A stretch of 64,000 nucleotides of DNA from Felis catus (Eukaryota), in contig NC_058369.1 of assembly GCF_018350175.1 (NCBI RefSeq), positions 152,582,001 through 152,646,000 of the forward strand, given 5' to 3'. Shown here in pieces: positions 24,985 to 37,496 of the stretch. The position numbers were made by a program, and so were the translations under genes. The stretch's first letter is position 1, and each line of letters opens with the position of its first letter. The notes under the pieces are model-generated. The model had not been told where the DNA came from. It saw nothing but the letters and a program-made list of their open reading frames with translations, and did not search any database.

Positions 24985-25860
24985 ATTTAAAACCAGCCAC
25001 CATCAGAAGATGCTAGTCAGTTACTTATTTTGAAAGTGTATAAATAAAGAAAAAGAATCAGTTATCCTGCTTTTCCTACACAAACTATATAACGAAATAA
25101 CCAAGTATTAGGTGAAATTACTCTTTAGAGAAATATTCCAGTTAATGAATGAAGAAGGGTAGAATTAGAATATCACTACTCTGCCAACCTCCAATGATTG
25201 CTAGATCCAGACAATGACCCTCAAGGACTATTAACCAAAATAGAGGGAAAAGCAGATATTACCTATCATCTTTTGGAAGAAGAAAACACTAGCCACAAAG
25301 TCGATTTGTTGGGCGGGGGGGATGAAAGTGGTACATCTACATCCAACTGTCAACTTAAAGGAAACAGCAAGACAGAAGAACATGTTAATTGAGACCTAAG
25401 AGATGTTATTAGCACAATTCAGACTCAAGGAAACTTCACAAGACAAAAGACTATTTTTTTCAATAAATAAGTGAAGAAGACAAAGAGATGGACAGAAACC
25501 CATAGATACTTAAGAGTCCTATCAATCAATCACAACAACTAAATTTAACTTGGATCCTGGCTCAAACTAACAGAGCATAAGAAAACAAAGGATATTTGCC
25601 AGGCAACTGGAGATTTAAGCACTCAGTAAACGGTGATAGTCAGATGCTACTGTCTTATTTTTTTCAGATGTAAGGTGTGCAGTCATGCTCATAAAACAAA
25701 GTCTTATCTTTTAAAAGCACCTTCAGAAGTATTTGCAAATAACTGATATGACATCTGAGATATGCCTCACATTAGTACAAAGCAGGTGGGGACAGATAGA
25801 AGACTGCCTGTCAGTTGAACATTATAGAAGCTGGGTGATGGGTTCAATATATGATTTTGA
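24985..25860 (+). mobile_element. Old L1MC/ME-like 3' UTR fragment
   Basis: Degenerate similarity recognised by eye; boundaries approximate. Confidence 0.45.
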
Positions 25861-25969
25861 GGACTAGGATCCCTCATACCTGCAAGTGTATATGAATTTA
25901 GCCTTCTACAGAATTCCAAATCCCACTCTTCTTCTCCCGGCAAAATTCATCCACTCTGCCACATTTGCT

Positions 25970-26465
25970 CATGCCAACCCCGGGTATCAGGCTGTCTGCC
26001 GTGTGGCAGACACACACTGGAGTGACGGATATCCGCCACTTGCCACTCCTGGCTGGCACCCCACCCTTTCCTGCCCTTTTTGCCTTGTGAGCCTGACCCA
26101 CTTATACCGTATCAGTGGCTGCCTTGTCCTCTAGCTTCTGGTTAGACTTCTCCAGAGGAAGGCACCAGCAGAAGATCTAGAGGGCCAAGAAGAGTAAGGT
26201 CACTGCATCTAGGGCTCCAGCTCTCTGCCTGCCAGGTTGGCACTGGCTGACTGCTTCTGCCTAGCAAACACTATCAGGTGGTCCTTCCCAAATAGTTGCC
26301 CTTCGGGTACAGCTGACTGCCTCCTTACCTTTGCACCTTCAGGTCAGGAATCCACACCATCCAATGCTCCTTCTCACAAATCAAGTTCACTGTTTGTAGA
26401 GTCCCTCCATAAACACTCCTCTAATTACCCAGTCTCAGCCGGCTATCTCTCTCCTGTCCAGGCAC
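25970..26465. mobile_element. Old ERVL-class solo LTR (LTR33/LTR16-like)
   Basis: GC-richer block with ggaaggcaccagcagaagat and a terminal tctctctcctgtccagg; family call tentative. Confidence 0.4.
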
Positions 26466-28056
26466 GATACAATTGTAAACAAAAATAACCGAAATAAGAC
26501 TATAAGAATGATCTGGCATAGATATGGACTGAGAAGCTATAGAAGATGGACAGTTAAAGAACATTTTAGAGAGAAATGGCATATGCAACGGCCGGTGGTA
26601 CAAAAGCAACAAGAGGTGTTCAAAGCTAAGCTTGACTGGAGAGGCTAATTGAGCTACAAAGCAAAGAGGGCAGTGGGAAAGGCTGGAGAATTAGAGAGAA
26701 ACTCCATCTTGCAGGCCTACATTTAGACTTTGATTCTGAGAGTGATGGGGAAATATCCAATATTCTTCCTGCCCTCCTAAGCCTATGTGAAGAATCGTCT
26801 TCTCTTACACATTCCCTGACAGCCTTCTGCCGCCACATAGTCATGACTAGGAAGCTCTGGCACATTGGTAAACATTCAATAAATGTTCACTGAATCCACA
26901 AATAAATGAATGAGTGAAACACACGTGGCCAGGTTTAAGGTTTTTTTGGTCACCTCCAAGAATTCTACCTTGCATACATGCTCCTTGAATTGATTCCCAT
27001 GTTTACTCTTGCCTGAATCTCTTTGCCTGTAATTAGCATAAAGACCTTTGGAGAGAAAGAGCTGTGTATGAGCTAAAACCCTGAAAATTAGATCCATCCA
27101 GACCAATCTTCCACACTTAACAATCATTTCATCCCAGAGATGGCAGATTTAATGAGCAATATCACCATCTCAGGTGATGGGCATTCTTGCCACAACCACT
27201 AGAGGCTATTCTGTTAGATCTCAGCAACCCGAAGTGATTGAGGAAAAGTCAGTAGGAATCCACAAGATGAGATACAAAGAGAGCTGTTTTGGCTTGTTTA
27301 GAACAAGAGATACAACCTTCTTACCGGCAGGCATCAGGCATAACACAAACCAAGTGCTAACCATGGGCCGCAAGAAGCTTTAATTTTTTTAATTCACTTT
27401 ATAAACTGATAGTGCAGCCTGATTTACACCACGTAAGGTGATACGTGTAATTTTTAACTGGTTTCCTCCTCATTCAATAATAGGGTAAAATACACAGCGA
27501 AAACCTGCTGGAAACTGCCCTTACACCACAATTCACAATTTGATGTGTGTAAACAAAATTAAAATGCAAAGGTAATGTCAATACTGTAGCAAATGAATAT
27601 TCATTAATGTCACAATAATGATGTCTTTCTTTATTCAGGTATTTTGTGATGATAAAGATAAATGGAAATAACTGCCTTCCTTTCTACCTTAACACTCTAG
27701 TCCTTAGGGAAACAAAAAGGTATCCAATGGCAAGGTTTCTGCATGAATGCTGGAATATGTCTGTGGCATAATGCTTTTTCATTTCCATAAGCTGTGTATT
27801 TCATTCTGGTAGAAAATTCACCAGGATAATTAGCAAATAATATTTATTATTGAAGTCCTTACAATTGTGCACAATTTCCTTAGTGACATAAAGAATTGTT
27901 CTTTTGTTCTTGTTTTCCCCAAGCAATTCTGTATTGCATAAAGTTTATAAATTGGTAAAGCAGGAGAGAAAATTGAAGACTGAAAACCAAAAATCTATGA
28001 CTGAATAAACTCTGTGACTGAAATGTATTTCATTTCAATAACATCGTATTGCTCAC

Positions 28057-28168
28057 CAAAGAGGCCATAGTGAATCCAATTACTTCAATATAACCATCAT
28101 CATGACGCTGAGGTTCAAAATCATGGTGATCTCCTGGGTTCCCCCAGGGCATTGTGCCAGCACAATAT
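28057..28168 (-). CDS. DGKI: DGKI coding exon, 112 nt, (R)[37 protein letters not shown]
   Basis: Acceptor tcttgcag|A, donor TTG|gtgagc; DDG-IEV motif; phase 2 to 0. Confidence 0.97.
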
Positions 28169-28772
28169 CTGCAAGAGGAGATTAAAAAAAGAATTACACT
28201 TATTCCATTCCCCTCATGACTGATATTAGGTATTACCTCACAGTGAGATCCAATGTGTATCTCACCTAAGAATAGTTTTCTGTTCTTGGTGCATACCTTC
28301 CAGTAGAAAAGAAAATGGATTTATCATTTCCAAATATCAATCTGTGAAAATGGACCACAGGTGTGGTGTCCTGTGTGTCCAACTTTCCCCTCACCCATTA
28401 TTTATTAACATTTCTCACTCAGTGATCCATTATGTCTCTTCTATGATATGCCATGAGTTCCAGAATTGGGTCTTGGAGGGAGACACTGCATGCCAGTAGA
28501 AAAGGGAAGGGAAACCATGGTGGGTAAGCATTGGTTATTATGTGTAGAACTAAGATAATAAATAACCACTGGGAAGGTAAGCAGAGAAAGGTAACTGAAG
28601 AAGAGTGAGAAAGATATGCGGAAAAAGTAAAAGATTAAGAAAAAGAAGGAGAAAAAAGGGAATTAGAAAAGTAGAGGAAGAGGAATGGAGAGAAAGCAAG
28701 AAGAAAAAAAAGAGAAAAAATTAAAGAAAGCTAATAAACAATGTTTCCTGAGAATCTTGGTCTTTTACTTAA

Positions 28773-28962
28773 TTTTTTAATTTATTTTAGAGGAAAAGAG
28801 CGTGAGCTGGGGGGAGGATCAGAGGGAGAGAGAGAGACTTTCAAGCAGGCTCTGTGTTCAGCATGGACCCCAACATAGGGCTTGATCCCACAACTCTTGG
28901 ATAATGACCTGAGCTGAAATCAACAGTCGGATGTTCAATCAACTGAGCCACTCAGGTACCCC
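28773..28962 (-). mobile_element. CanSINE, older
   Basis: TSD GGTCTTTTACTTAA on both sides. Confidence 0.9.
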
Positions 28963-29804
28963 ATCTAGGTCTTTTACTTAAATAACAAAGATGAAAATCC
29001 TTCTGGAAAAGGATTGTAGGTAACTATACTGAGCATTGCCAAAAATAATCAGGAGATTATAGTATATTTTCCTAGCTGTGGATTTACATACAACTCTCAT
29101 TTCAGTTAAATTCAGTCTAAATACAACTTATCTGCAGATTTTGTGTCTTGAGTTGTGTGGTTTGTGAATAACAAAGGGCCATAGATCCATCCCTTCCAAA
29201 ATCTTGGCTTGGGAACCTAGACTCTAATTTTGTACCTCTGAGATAATGTGCTTATTTTGAGTCTAGTTAATCTTAAATATCCCTTTCTCCTGAGATGTAT
29301 AATAGCACCAAAGAGAGTTGACATCCTGGCTAGAAAATGCTACTCTAATTGATCCTATTTTTTTCAAGGCAATCATCTAGCAACAATTTTGAATGTGTTC
29401 CATACTAAAATCAGGCTGGATGGTTTCCTAACAGCTTTTGGGAAACTGAGAACAGGGATTTATTCAAGCCTATTATTCTTGGGAGAGAGAGGGAATCAGT
29501 AATTGAGAATTACATTAAAATGTTCCAGTAAATAGGGGTGCCTGGGTTTCTTAATGACGGATGTGTATCCCATGCATGCCACATCACATTAAAAACAAAC
29601 AAACAAACAAACAAAAACCACCCACCACAGAGAACACTAAACAAACCAACTAGAACAAAATTATCAGACCTAGAAACCCCTAATAAGCCACTAAGGTGAC
29701 TTACTTTCATTGTTTGTACCTGGAAATTTTCTATAATGAAACCAATAACCTCAAGTCAAACAGAGCTCACATAAAACCAAAGAAAAAGTATGAACAGAGC
29801 TTAC

Positions 29805-29878
29805 CTGGGTATATTTAAAAATACTATACACTGGAACTTCAGTTCCTGAATCTTTGGAGTGAGATCTGTTCCATCACA
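29805..29878 (-). CDS. DGKI: DGKI coding exon, 74 nt, CDGTDLTPKIQELKFQCIVFLNIP(R)
   Basis: Acceptor tgttgcag|TGT, donor AG|gtaagc; phase 0 to 2. Confidence 0.96.
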
Positions 29879-30410
29879 CTGCAACAATCAGAGCAGAAAA
29901 GGGGGTTTGAAGTGGTCACGATTCTAAAAACTTTATCAAAAGATAACTAGGTTGACACCATGGGATATATCATGTGGTGTTCCCCTTGCCCCCACTGCTG
30001 CTTAAGTGAATGTTCAGTACCATGACTGAAATGTACTCTGATTTTAACTTTAGCAGACCCAGGGTTCAGAGCATGGTTTTGTTTTAATGTAAAAACAAAG
30101 CTGCCATTTGATCAAAACAATTTTTTTCCTGGTCTTACAAACAAAAGAACTGCCATCATTCTCAACCTTGGATTATTGGGTATTTTGAATTGGAGTATCA
30201 ACATTAAAATATTTATGAACCCTTAAGGAAATAAAAAAGGAAGCCTCAACTTCAGGCAGTAGTGATGTCCACCATAGTTATCTGACCCAAACAATGGGGA
30301 TGAATCTAATCATTTATTCTATTTGCTGTCTGAGCTCAATTTTTATTTTGAAAATGTTACACACTAACTTTTTGAAAACTCCTTAAGAGGAATATATACT
30401 GCAAGCTTTT

Positions 30411-30595
30411 ATTTTTTTTTTTTAATTTTTTTTTCAACGTTTATTTATTTTTGGGAGAGAGAGAGACAGAGCATGAACGGGGGAGGGGCAGAGAGAGAGG
30501 GAGACACAGAATCGGAAACAGGCTCCAGGCTCTGAGCCATCAGCCCAGAGCCTGACGCGGGGCTCGAACTCACGGACCGCGAGATCGTGACCTGG
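30411..30595 (-). mobile_element. Young, 5'-truncated SINEC_Fc-like CanSINE
   Basis: Perfect 16-bp TSD TATACTGCAAGCTTTT at 30395-30410 and 30596-30611; head missing. Confidence 0.95.
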
Positions 30596-31387
30596 TATAC
30601 TGCAAGCTTTTAAAAACTATTATAAATTAGTGGTATCTCCATTAGGGATTTGCTCTTATACATTTAATGTCTTACAGACTTGACTGGTCTCCTGACATAA
30701 CTTGCTTTCCTGGATCTGGACGCAACCCTGGGTGTCTCAAGGGCCTCAGGCTGGCCTGGCCTCAATACCTCTGTGCAGAGTTTCCCTCACCAGTTAGCAC
30801 TTGCCTTGAGTATCCTCTGACTAATCAAAGAAAAGGCTTTCATGCCCCTTCCCATTTCCCACAGGTGACAAAAGCCAAAAGAAGAAAACTCTAGTCACGA
30901 CTACGGACTTCTCAATGTCAAAGGTGTACTTTTGTACTTGCTCTCTCCACACCCTCATCACAGAATTCCCCATCATCTTCTCCCTTGGAGGGCAGAGTAA
31001 TGTATTCCCAAGCTCCCTGCAAATTGTTACAGATTTCTTTAAGAAGAGTTTTCAATCTAAGAACGATGATTCTACTAGCATTATTGTCTCGTTCTTTTCC
31101 CGGCTGATCTTAACACAGCCCAATTTTCATGAGCATGCTCCAAAAATTGATTCCAGGAAACATTTAGCCCTAAATAAACTACATTTTAAAATGTTACTTA
31201 GGAAGAAATCAAATTCTAGGTATTGATTGAAGGTGTTTTTACAATACTCTCAGGTAGTTAGAAAATCTGAAGTCTCCTAATTTAAGGACTTGAAATGAGT
31301 TGACAGATGACTCTACCAAGGAAGATATTTTACATTATCAAAATTGAGTGCTGTAAGTAACTAAAATTTTAAAACCTAGGATGTGAT

Positions 31388-31561
31388 GGGGCACCTGGGT
31401 GGCTCAGTGGGTTCAGCATCTGACTTTAGCTCAGGTTATGCTCTCTCAGTCCGTGAGTTTGAGGCCTACATCAGGCTCCATGCTGACAGCTCAGAGCCTG
31501 GAGCCTGCTTCGGATTCTGTGTCTCCCTCTCTCTCTACCCCTCCCCCACTGGCACTCTGTC

Positions 31562-31594
<33 letters not shown>

Positions 31595-31626
31595 AAGACA
31601 AATATACATTTGAAAATTTAAAAAAA
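31388..31626 (+). mobile_element. CanSINE
   Basis: Head, (CT)n and A tail. Confidence 0.92.
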
Positions 31627-32007
31627 TAGGACATGATACATTAATTTCATACAAAGCAGTATTATTTGCCTTACAGAAAGAAACTATAAAATTATTGTAT
31701 TTAGAACAGAAATCTTTTCTAATTTTCTACTTTTTCTTCCTGGAAAACATATCAGCGACTCTGGGAATTCATCAAATTACATAAAGATGGGTACCTTACA
31801 ATGTATCATGCTTTATCAAGTTTTCTTACATATTACTACCTTTAAATTTTGTGTCTTTTTAGAACAGCAGCTTTCAACTTTCTCCTACTTCAAACACACA
31901 AAGGAAAATATCCGCATATAAAATAGTTCCCGTACAAAAGTTCACGTATTGATAAATCATAAGGAGAACAGAGAATGCTGTATGTAGGATTTTGTTATTG
32001 TCTATGC

Positions 32008-32227
32008 TTTTTTTTTTATTTTTTTTAACGTTTATTTATTTTTGAGACAGAGAGAGACAGAGCATGAATGGGGGAGGGTCAAAGAGAGGGAGACACAGAA
32101 TCTGAAACAGGCTCCAGGCTCCAAGCTGTCAGCACAGAGCCCAACGCGGGGCTTGAACTCACGGACCGTGAGATCATGACCTGAGCCTAAGTCGGCCGCT
32201 TAACCGACTGAGCCACCCAGGCACCCC
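32008..32227 (-). mobile_element. CanSINE
   Basis: Near-perfect TSD containing ctatgctttt. Confidence 0.93.
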
Positions 32228-33224
32228 TGTCCTATGCTTTTTTTGATATAGTATTCATACAAACACTTTACATTTGTGGGAGAGATTAACAATGACTTCA
32301 TCCTGTGGCAAAAATGAAATGGTCTGTTGGTATCTACACATCGGATCACTAGCTAATCTTCTATCCTTTTCATCTCTCACTCAAGAAAACATAGAGTGAT
32401 GTCCTTATAGAAATATCCTGGGTCCCTGTGTAATACATCACACTGGTCAGTAATTGTTGTTTCAAAGACCTGTTTTAAACAAGGAAAGCAAACTCTTCTG
32501 AAAGATTACATGATTCCTCCAAGGTCATATACCTCATAAAGGTGGACCTAGGACTGAATCCCAAACATTTAGATCTTGTTTCTAATATTTTTTCTCCTCC
32601 ATACAAAAAAGATAGGGTTACACAAACAAATCCACCTGGAATTTTTCCTGTACTGGCTGATATCAAATCTTCCCTAGTTATTTGGCCGCCATTTTCACTT
32701 CTCTGTAAGCTTCCTTTAATTCCTGCTATATAAGCCACCTGGGAGTGAGACATTCATCAACAAGGGGGCTGTTAGACGTGAGAAACAAACTGTCTAGTGG
32801 TTAGGGAGTATATAGAGTTTAATTTCCCTGCAGCTGACTTCAACAGTCAACGTCATTCAATATGGACACTGCCCCTGGGCATGTGCCACCGCTGTTGCTC
32901 TCGGTGTGAAAAATACTGGAAAAACAGGGCAAGTTTATTTTTGGCTGGGTTGCCAGGAGCTGAAGAAACAGGGGAAGTTTGATGGGAGGTTGCTTAAATT
33001 TTAAGCTATTTAAATTTTATAGCCATAATTTTATCAATAAAAGAGCTTCATAGCTCAGTGGACCATTGTCTTTCTTGCCTCTAGCTTTAAGAAGGCAGAA
33101 CCTCCATTTTCAAGAGTCTTTATGACTAAGAGACGCTTGTTTTCACTGCTATTGCAAGAGAACTGAATTACCTGAATGTGATGCCAAGGGTCGTGGACAG
33201 CAGTGGTAATAGCCTCTGTCTCTT

Positions 33225-33635
33225 CTTTCAACTGACTTGTCCAATTTGTTGGCATATACTTTTTCATAATATTCTCTTAAAATCCTTTGTATTTCTGTGG
33301 TGTTGGTTGTTATTCCTCCTCCTTCATATCTGATTTTGTTTATTTGAGTTCTCTTTTTGTCTTGAGTCTCACTAAAAGTGTCTCGATTTTGTTTACCTTT
33401 TCAAATAACCAGCTCCTCATTTTATTGATCTTTTTTCTATTGCCTTTTTAGTCTCTTATTTCATTTATTTCTGCTCCAATCTTTGTTATTTCCTTCATTC
33501 TATTGGCTCTGGGCTTTGGTGTTCTTCTTCTAGCTCCTTTAGATGTCAAGTTAGGTTGCCTGAAATTTTTCTTGTTTTTTGAGATAGGTCTGTATTGGTA
33601 TAAACTTCCCTCTTAGAACTGTTTTTGCTGCATGG
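33225..33635 (-). mobile_element. L1 ORF2 fragment
   Basis: Reverse L1 phrases (ttttcaaataaccagctc, aaacttccctcttagaactg). Confidence 0.85.
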
Positions 33636-34529
33636 TGATTACAAATTTTAATTTATATCCCTCTCCTGATCCTCTCCATATTCATATATATTTTTCTCTA
33701 TTCTAATGTATTTCTGTTATTTTGTCCCCTCTCATCACATATCCTATTCTTTATCTATGCTATGATAAATTCATGCATTGCTATATCCCACTTCTTTCTC
33801 ATTTCTTTTTCTTTAGACAATTCTATACAACAAAGTCACCTGTGCTCCTTTTTTAACTTGGTTACTATAAGGAAACATTTTATGTCTTTCTTAATAACTA
33901 ATAATATGATATTTTAAAATCTAGCTCCTAGAGAAAAGGTAACTTTCCTTCTCTCATGCCTCCAAGGAGTGTGTGTCTAAAACCTGAGATAGAAACAGCA
34001 CCAAAAACAAACTAACCAACCATTTAGTGGTGAAGAACCTTGGCCAGGCTACAGGCTACAGAGGGAATCATTACAAAATAATTAAATACGTTTTTCTAAA
34101 ATGGAGACTCCTCAAATAGCCCTGGAATAAAGATATTTGTTTGGTGAGCATCTATTTCTACATCAAGACTCAGCTCGACATCACTACTTTGATGAAGTTT
34201 CCCTGAACCCACCATGGTCGGTTTCCATTTCCTTCTTTGTACCACCACCATAATGCATACATTGTCAACAACATTAATTAAATAGTATTATGCAATGACT
34301 TACATGCCCATTTCTGCAACTGAACTGTTGAGTGTCTTCAGGAGTGAAACTAGCTGTCCATCCATTCACGAGACTAAGACATTTCCCAACACAGAGCTAA
34401 ATTCTCAGAAATGTTGGTTGAATGAACTATATGAAATCATCTCTGAAATTAATGTGGCCCATTGATTAATCTAAGTATATAACCTGGTATTTGGGGTACA
34501 TTTTTTGCCGCATATTTATATTCAAATGA

Positions 34530-34802
34530 AATGAAGGAAAAAATATGATAAAAAGAGGGGAAGGCAAACCATAAGAGACTCTTACATACAGAGAACAAAC
34601 TGAGGGTTGATTGGGGGGGGGGGGAGAAGAGAGAGGGAAAAACAGATGAAGGGCATTGATGAGGGCACTTGTTGGGATGAGCACTGGGTGTTATATGTAA
34701 GTGATGAATCACTGGGTTCTACTCCTGAAACCAATACTACACTGTATGTTAACTAACTTGAATTTAAATAAATACATGATAAAAAACAACAACAAAAAAA
34801 AC
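34530..34802 (+). mobile_element. Carnivore L1 3'UTR terminus
   Basis: Same 3'UTR motifs as 5360-5520; A-rich tail; probable TSD CAAATGAAA. Confidence 0.88.
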
Positions 34803-34835
34803 CAAATGAAACGAGTCAATACATTCAGTACTTAC

Positions 34836-34898
34836 AACAACTTTAACATGTTTGGAAAGATCTCTAGAGCTTCTCTGTAGGAAATCAGAAAAAGCTGC
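34836..34898 (-). CDS. DGKI: DGKI coding exon, 63 nt, AAFSDFLQRSSRDLSKHVKVV
   Basis: Acceptor ggttgtag|GCA, donor GTT|gtaagt; phase 0 to 0. Confidence 0.95.
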
Positions 34899-35830
34899 CT
34901 ACAACCACAAGGAGAAAAAGGGGGAAAAATAAACTTAATCACATGGTTATGCCAAATCCTTGCTTATGTATTATAGATAGTTCCTATTGCTTCTGAATTA
35001 TTCAAAAATATAAAACGAGGTTTTTTTTTCTGAATCCAAAACAAAATGCAGTGGCTGTCAAGATGAAAACTTTCTTTGTTTTCAAACTACGACCTATAAT
35101 ACAATTTAAGAACACAGTAGAAAAGTAAAAGAGTAGATAATTCCAAGGGTCAATTTGAAGATGTATTTTGACAATCTTTCTTGACCTCTTACTTGACTAT
35201 AGGGTGCTGAAATCATCTTTAACTTGCCATTAAGAATGTCTGGCTTCACCCTCTCCCCTTTCATTTCAATTCTCTCTATGCGGTGGTGTAAATTAACTAC
35301 ATTTTCTTTAAAATCAGTGTTTTGGAGGACTTTCCGCCTCCCCTCTGGCTAGCCATTCATCCCCAGGGATGTTCCTGAGAAGAAGGAAACAAGACCCAAT
35401 TTACTCATATATAAGCTTCCATGAGGAGCTACACCTTCCGTCAATTTCTCATCCAAACATCGATGCATACGTACTGCTGTGCACACCACATTCCGACCCA
35501 GGCTTTTCCACACATCTTTCAGGCTGCCTAACTCCCCCATTCTCTAAATTGGCTTTGATGTTTTTCACATCACTCCTTGAATGTCATCTCCTCAGTCAAC
35601 ATGAAGCTTTAAGGCTTTAAAGTTCAAAGATGATGAACACCAGCTCTCTTTCTACCAACTTAATAAGTATATTTACTTTTAAGCCAAGACATTAAACCTT
35701 AAGCATAACATAGACATCCTTGTAAACATCCGAGACGTGTAATTATTTTTAATAGAGTTAGTATCCTTATTACCAATAGTGAATTAGTATTAAATAACAT
35801 GTAATAATTTTAAGTGTAATGTATACTTAC

Positions 35831-35886
35831 CCCTGCATAGAACATTTTATTTCGAAAACGACTGTTGAATTTCTCTGGATTTGCTT
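35831..35886 (-). CDS. DGKI: DGKI coding exon, 56 nt, (E)[18 protein letters not shown]
   Basis: Acceptor ttttacag|AA, donor GGG|gtaagt; phase 1 to 0. Confidence 0.96.
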
Positions 35887-36044
35887 CTGTAAAAGGAGAC
35901 AGGTAGTTTTGTTACAGAGACCTCATTAAAGGTAATGGCCTCCATTAGCACTCTTCCTCCCCCTCCCTCCCCACCCCACATATCCATCAGACTCAAAAGC
36001 CTTATCATCTTTTCCTCAGTTTTACGCCAGTTGGTAAAGTTGTC

Positions 36045-36228
36045 CAGTGCTACAAAAGTATAGCCCCCAAATGGCAGCATCAGCATCAATTGGAAGCTTG
36101 TTAGAAATGCAAGTTATTAGACTCTGCCCCAGACCTACTGAATTATAATGCTTAGGGGACGGTGTCTAGGAATCATGATTTAACAAGTTCTCTAGTTGAT
36201 TTGCATGTACATTAAAAGTTCAGACACT
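36045..36228. mobile_element. MER5A-like hAT-Charlie MITE
   Basis: gcagcatcagcatc...gcttgttagaaatgca...ccccagacctactgaat. Confidence 0.8.
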
Positions 36229-36230
36229 CT

Positions 36231-36428
36231 GGGGTGCCTGGGTGGCTCAGTCTGCTATGCGCCCCACTCGATTTCAGTTCAGGTCATAACCTCACAGTTG
36301 GTGGGGTCAAGCCCCACGTCAGGCTCTGTGCTGACAGTGCTGAGCCTGCTTGGGCTTCTCTCTCTCCTTTTCTCTCTGCTCCTCCCATGCTGGTACGCTC
36401 ACTCGCTCTCGCTCTCTATCTCAAAATG
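36231..36428 (+). mobile_element. CanSINE
   Basis: Head and body recognisable. Confidence 0.9.
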
Positions 36429-37286
36429 AATATTTATTTATTCAGAATAGAGGGTTGGCAGGGACATAGGACAGGGGTGATAGGATAAAGGGAGGGTGTT
36501 GAGGGGTGATTATTTGCTTTGACTTCTACAGGGCATGTCTTCTATCAACTATTCATGCAGCTTCCAAATGTAATTAAATATGCAAAATTTGGATAAAAAT
36601 TGTAATAGATAATTTGCTTTCACATTTTTCTAAAACTCCAAACTACCATCTGTGTTCTTGTTGGCAACAGGCTTTGAAAAATTATCTGATTTACTGGAGA
36701 TATATAAATATACATATATGCAGGTGAACTGCTAACTGGACTCAGGACATAGAAGGCTGAAAAGTGGTTTAATTTTGATTTTGATCCTGTTTATCATATA
36801 AGTTGAAGACTACAAAAAGGCTAAACAAGATTCTGCATCAGAGAACGCTGACATGAATTCAAGGGATTATAAAATCCCTAAGTGAAGTATTATTTCCTTA
36901 CATTCTTTCTAGTAGAATTCTGAGACATTCCAAAGGGACCTACTGCCAATGTTTTTCATTCTGCTATTTTATCCCATATGCTCATTAATGTCTTCTTAGG
37001 GCAAGGTCTCTCTTCAAATTGTTTCTCATCAGGCAGCTGGATGACTAGCTTAAAACGGTTCCAGTCCTGGACCTATGTTTGAACAGCAAATCTCAACAAG
37101 TGTCTAGATGAAGAAAATAGCAAAGAGCTCACTCACTAAGATTGGGCAGAATACGAGCTACACGATTTCAGGAAATAATCCAAGACAAGGGATTACTAGG
37201 TTATTCTCATGATTATTAGACTATATTATTAGCACATGACAGGGAAACGGGGTGAAAGCTTGCAAACTTTAAAAAGGTAGTATTTT

Positions 37287-37496
37287 GGGGCGCCTGGGTG
37301 GCGCAGTCGGTTAAGCGTCCGACTTCAGCCAGGTCACGATCTCGCAGTCCGGGAGTTCGAGCCCCGCGTCGGGCTCTGGGCTGATGGCTCAGAGCCTGGA
37401 GCCTGTTTCCGATTCTGTGTCTCCCTCTCTCTCTGCCCCTCCCCCGTTCATGCTCTGTCTCTCTCTGTCCCAAAAATAAACGTTGAAAAAAAAAAA
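37287..37496 (+). mobile_element. Young SINEC_Fc-like CanSINE
   Basis: Perfect 19-bp TSD TTTAAAAAGGTAGTATTTT at 37268-37286 and 37497-37515. Confidence 0.96.
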
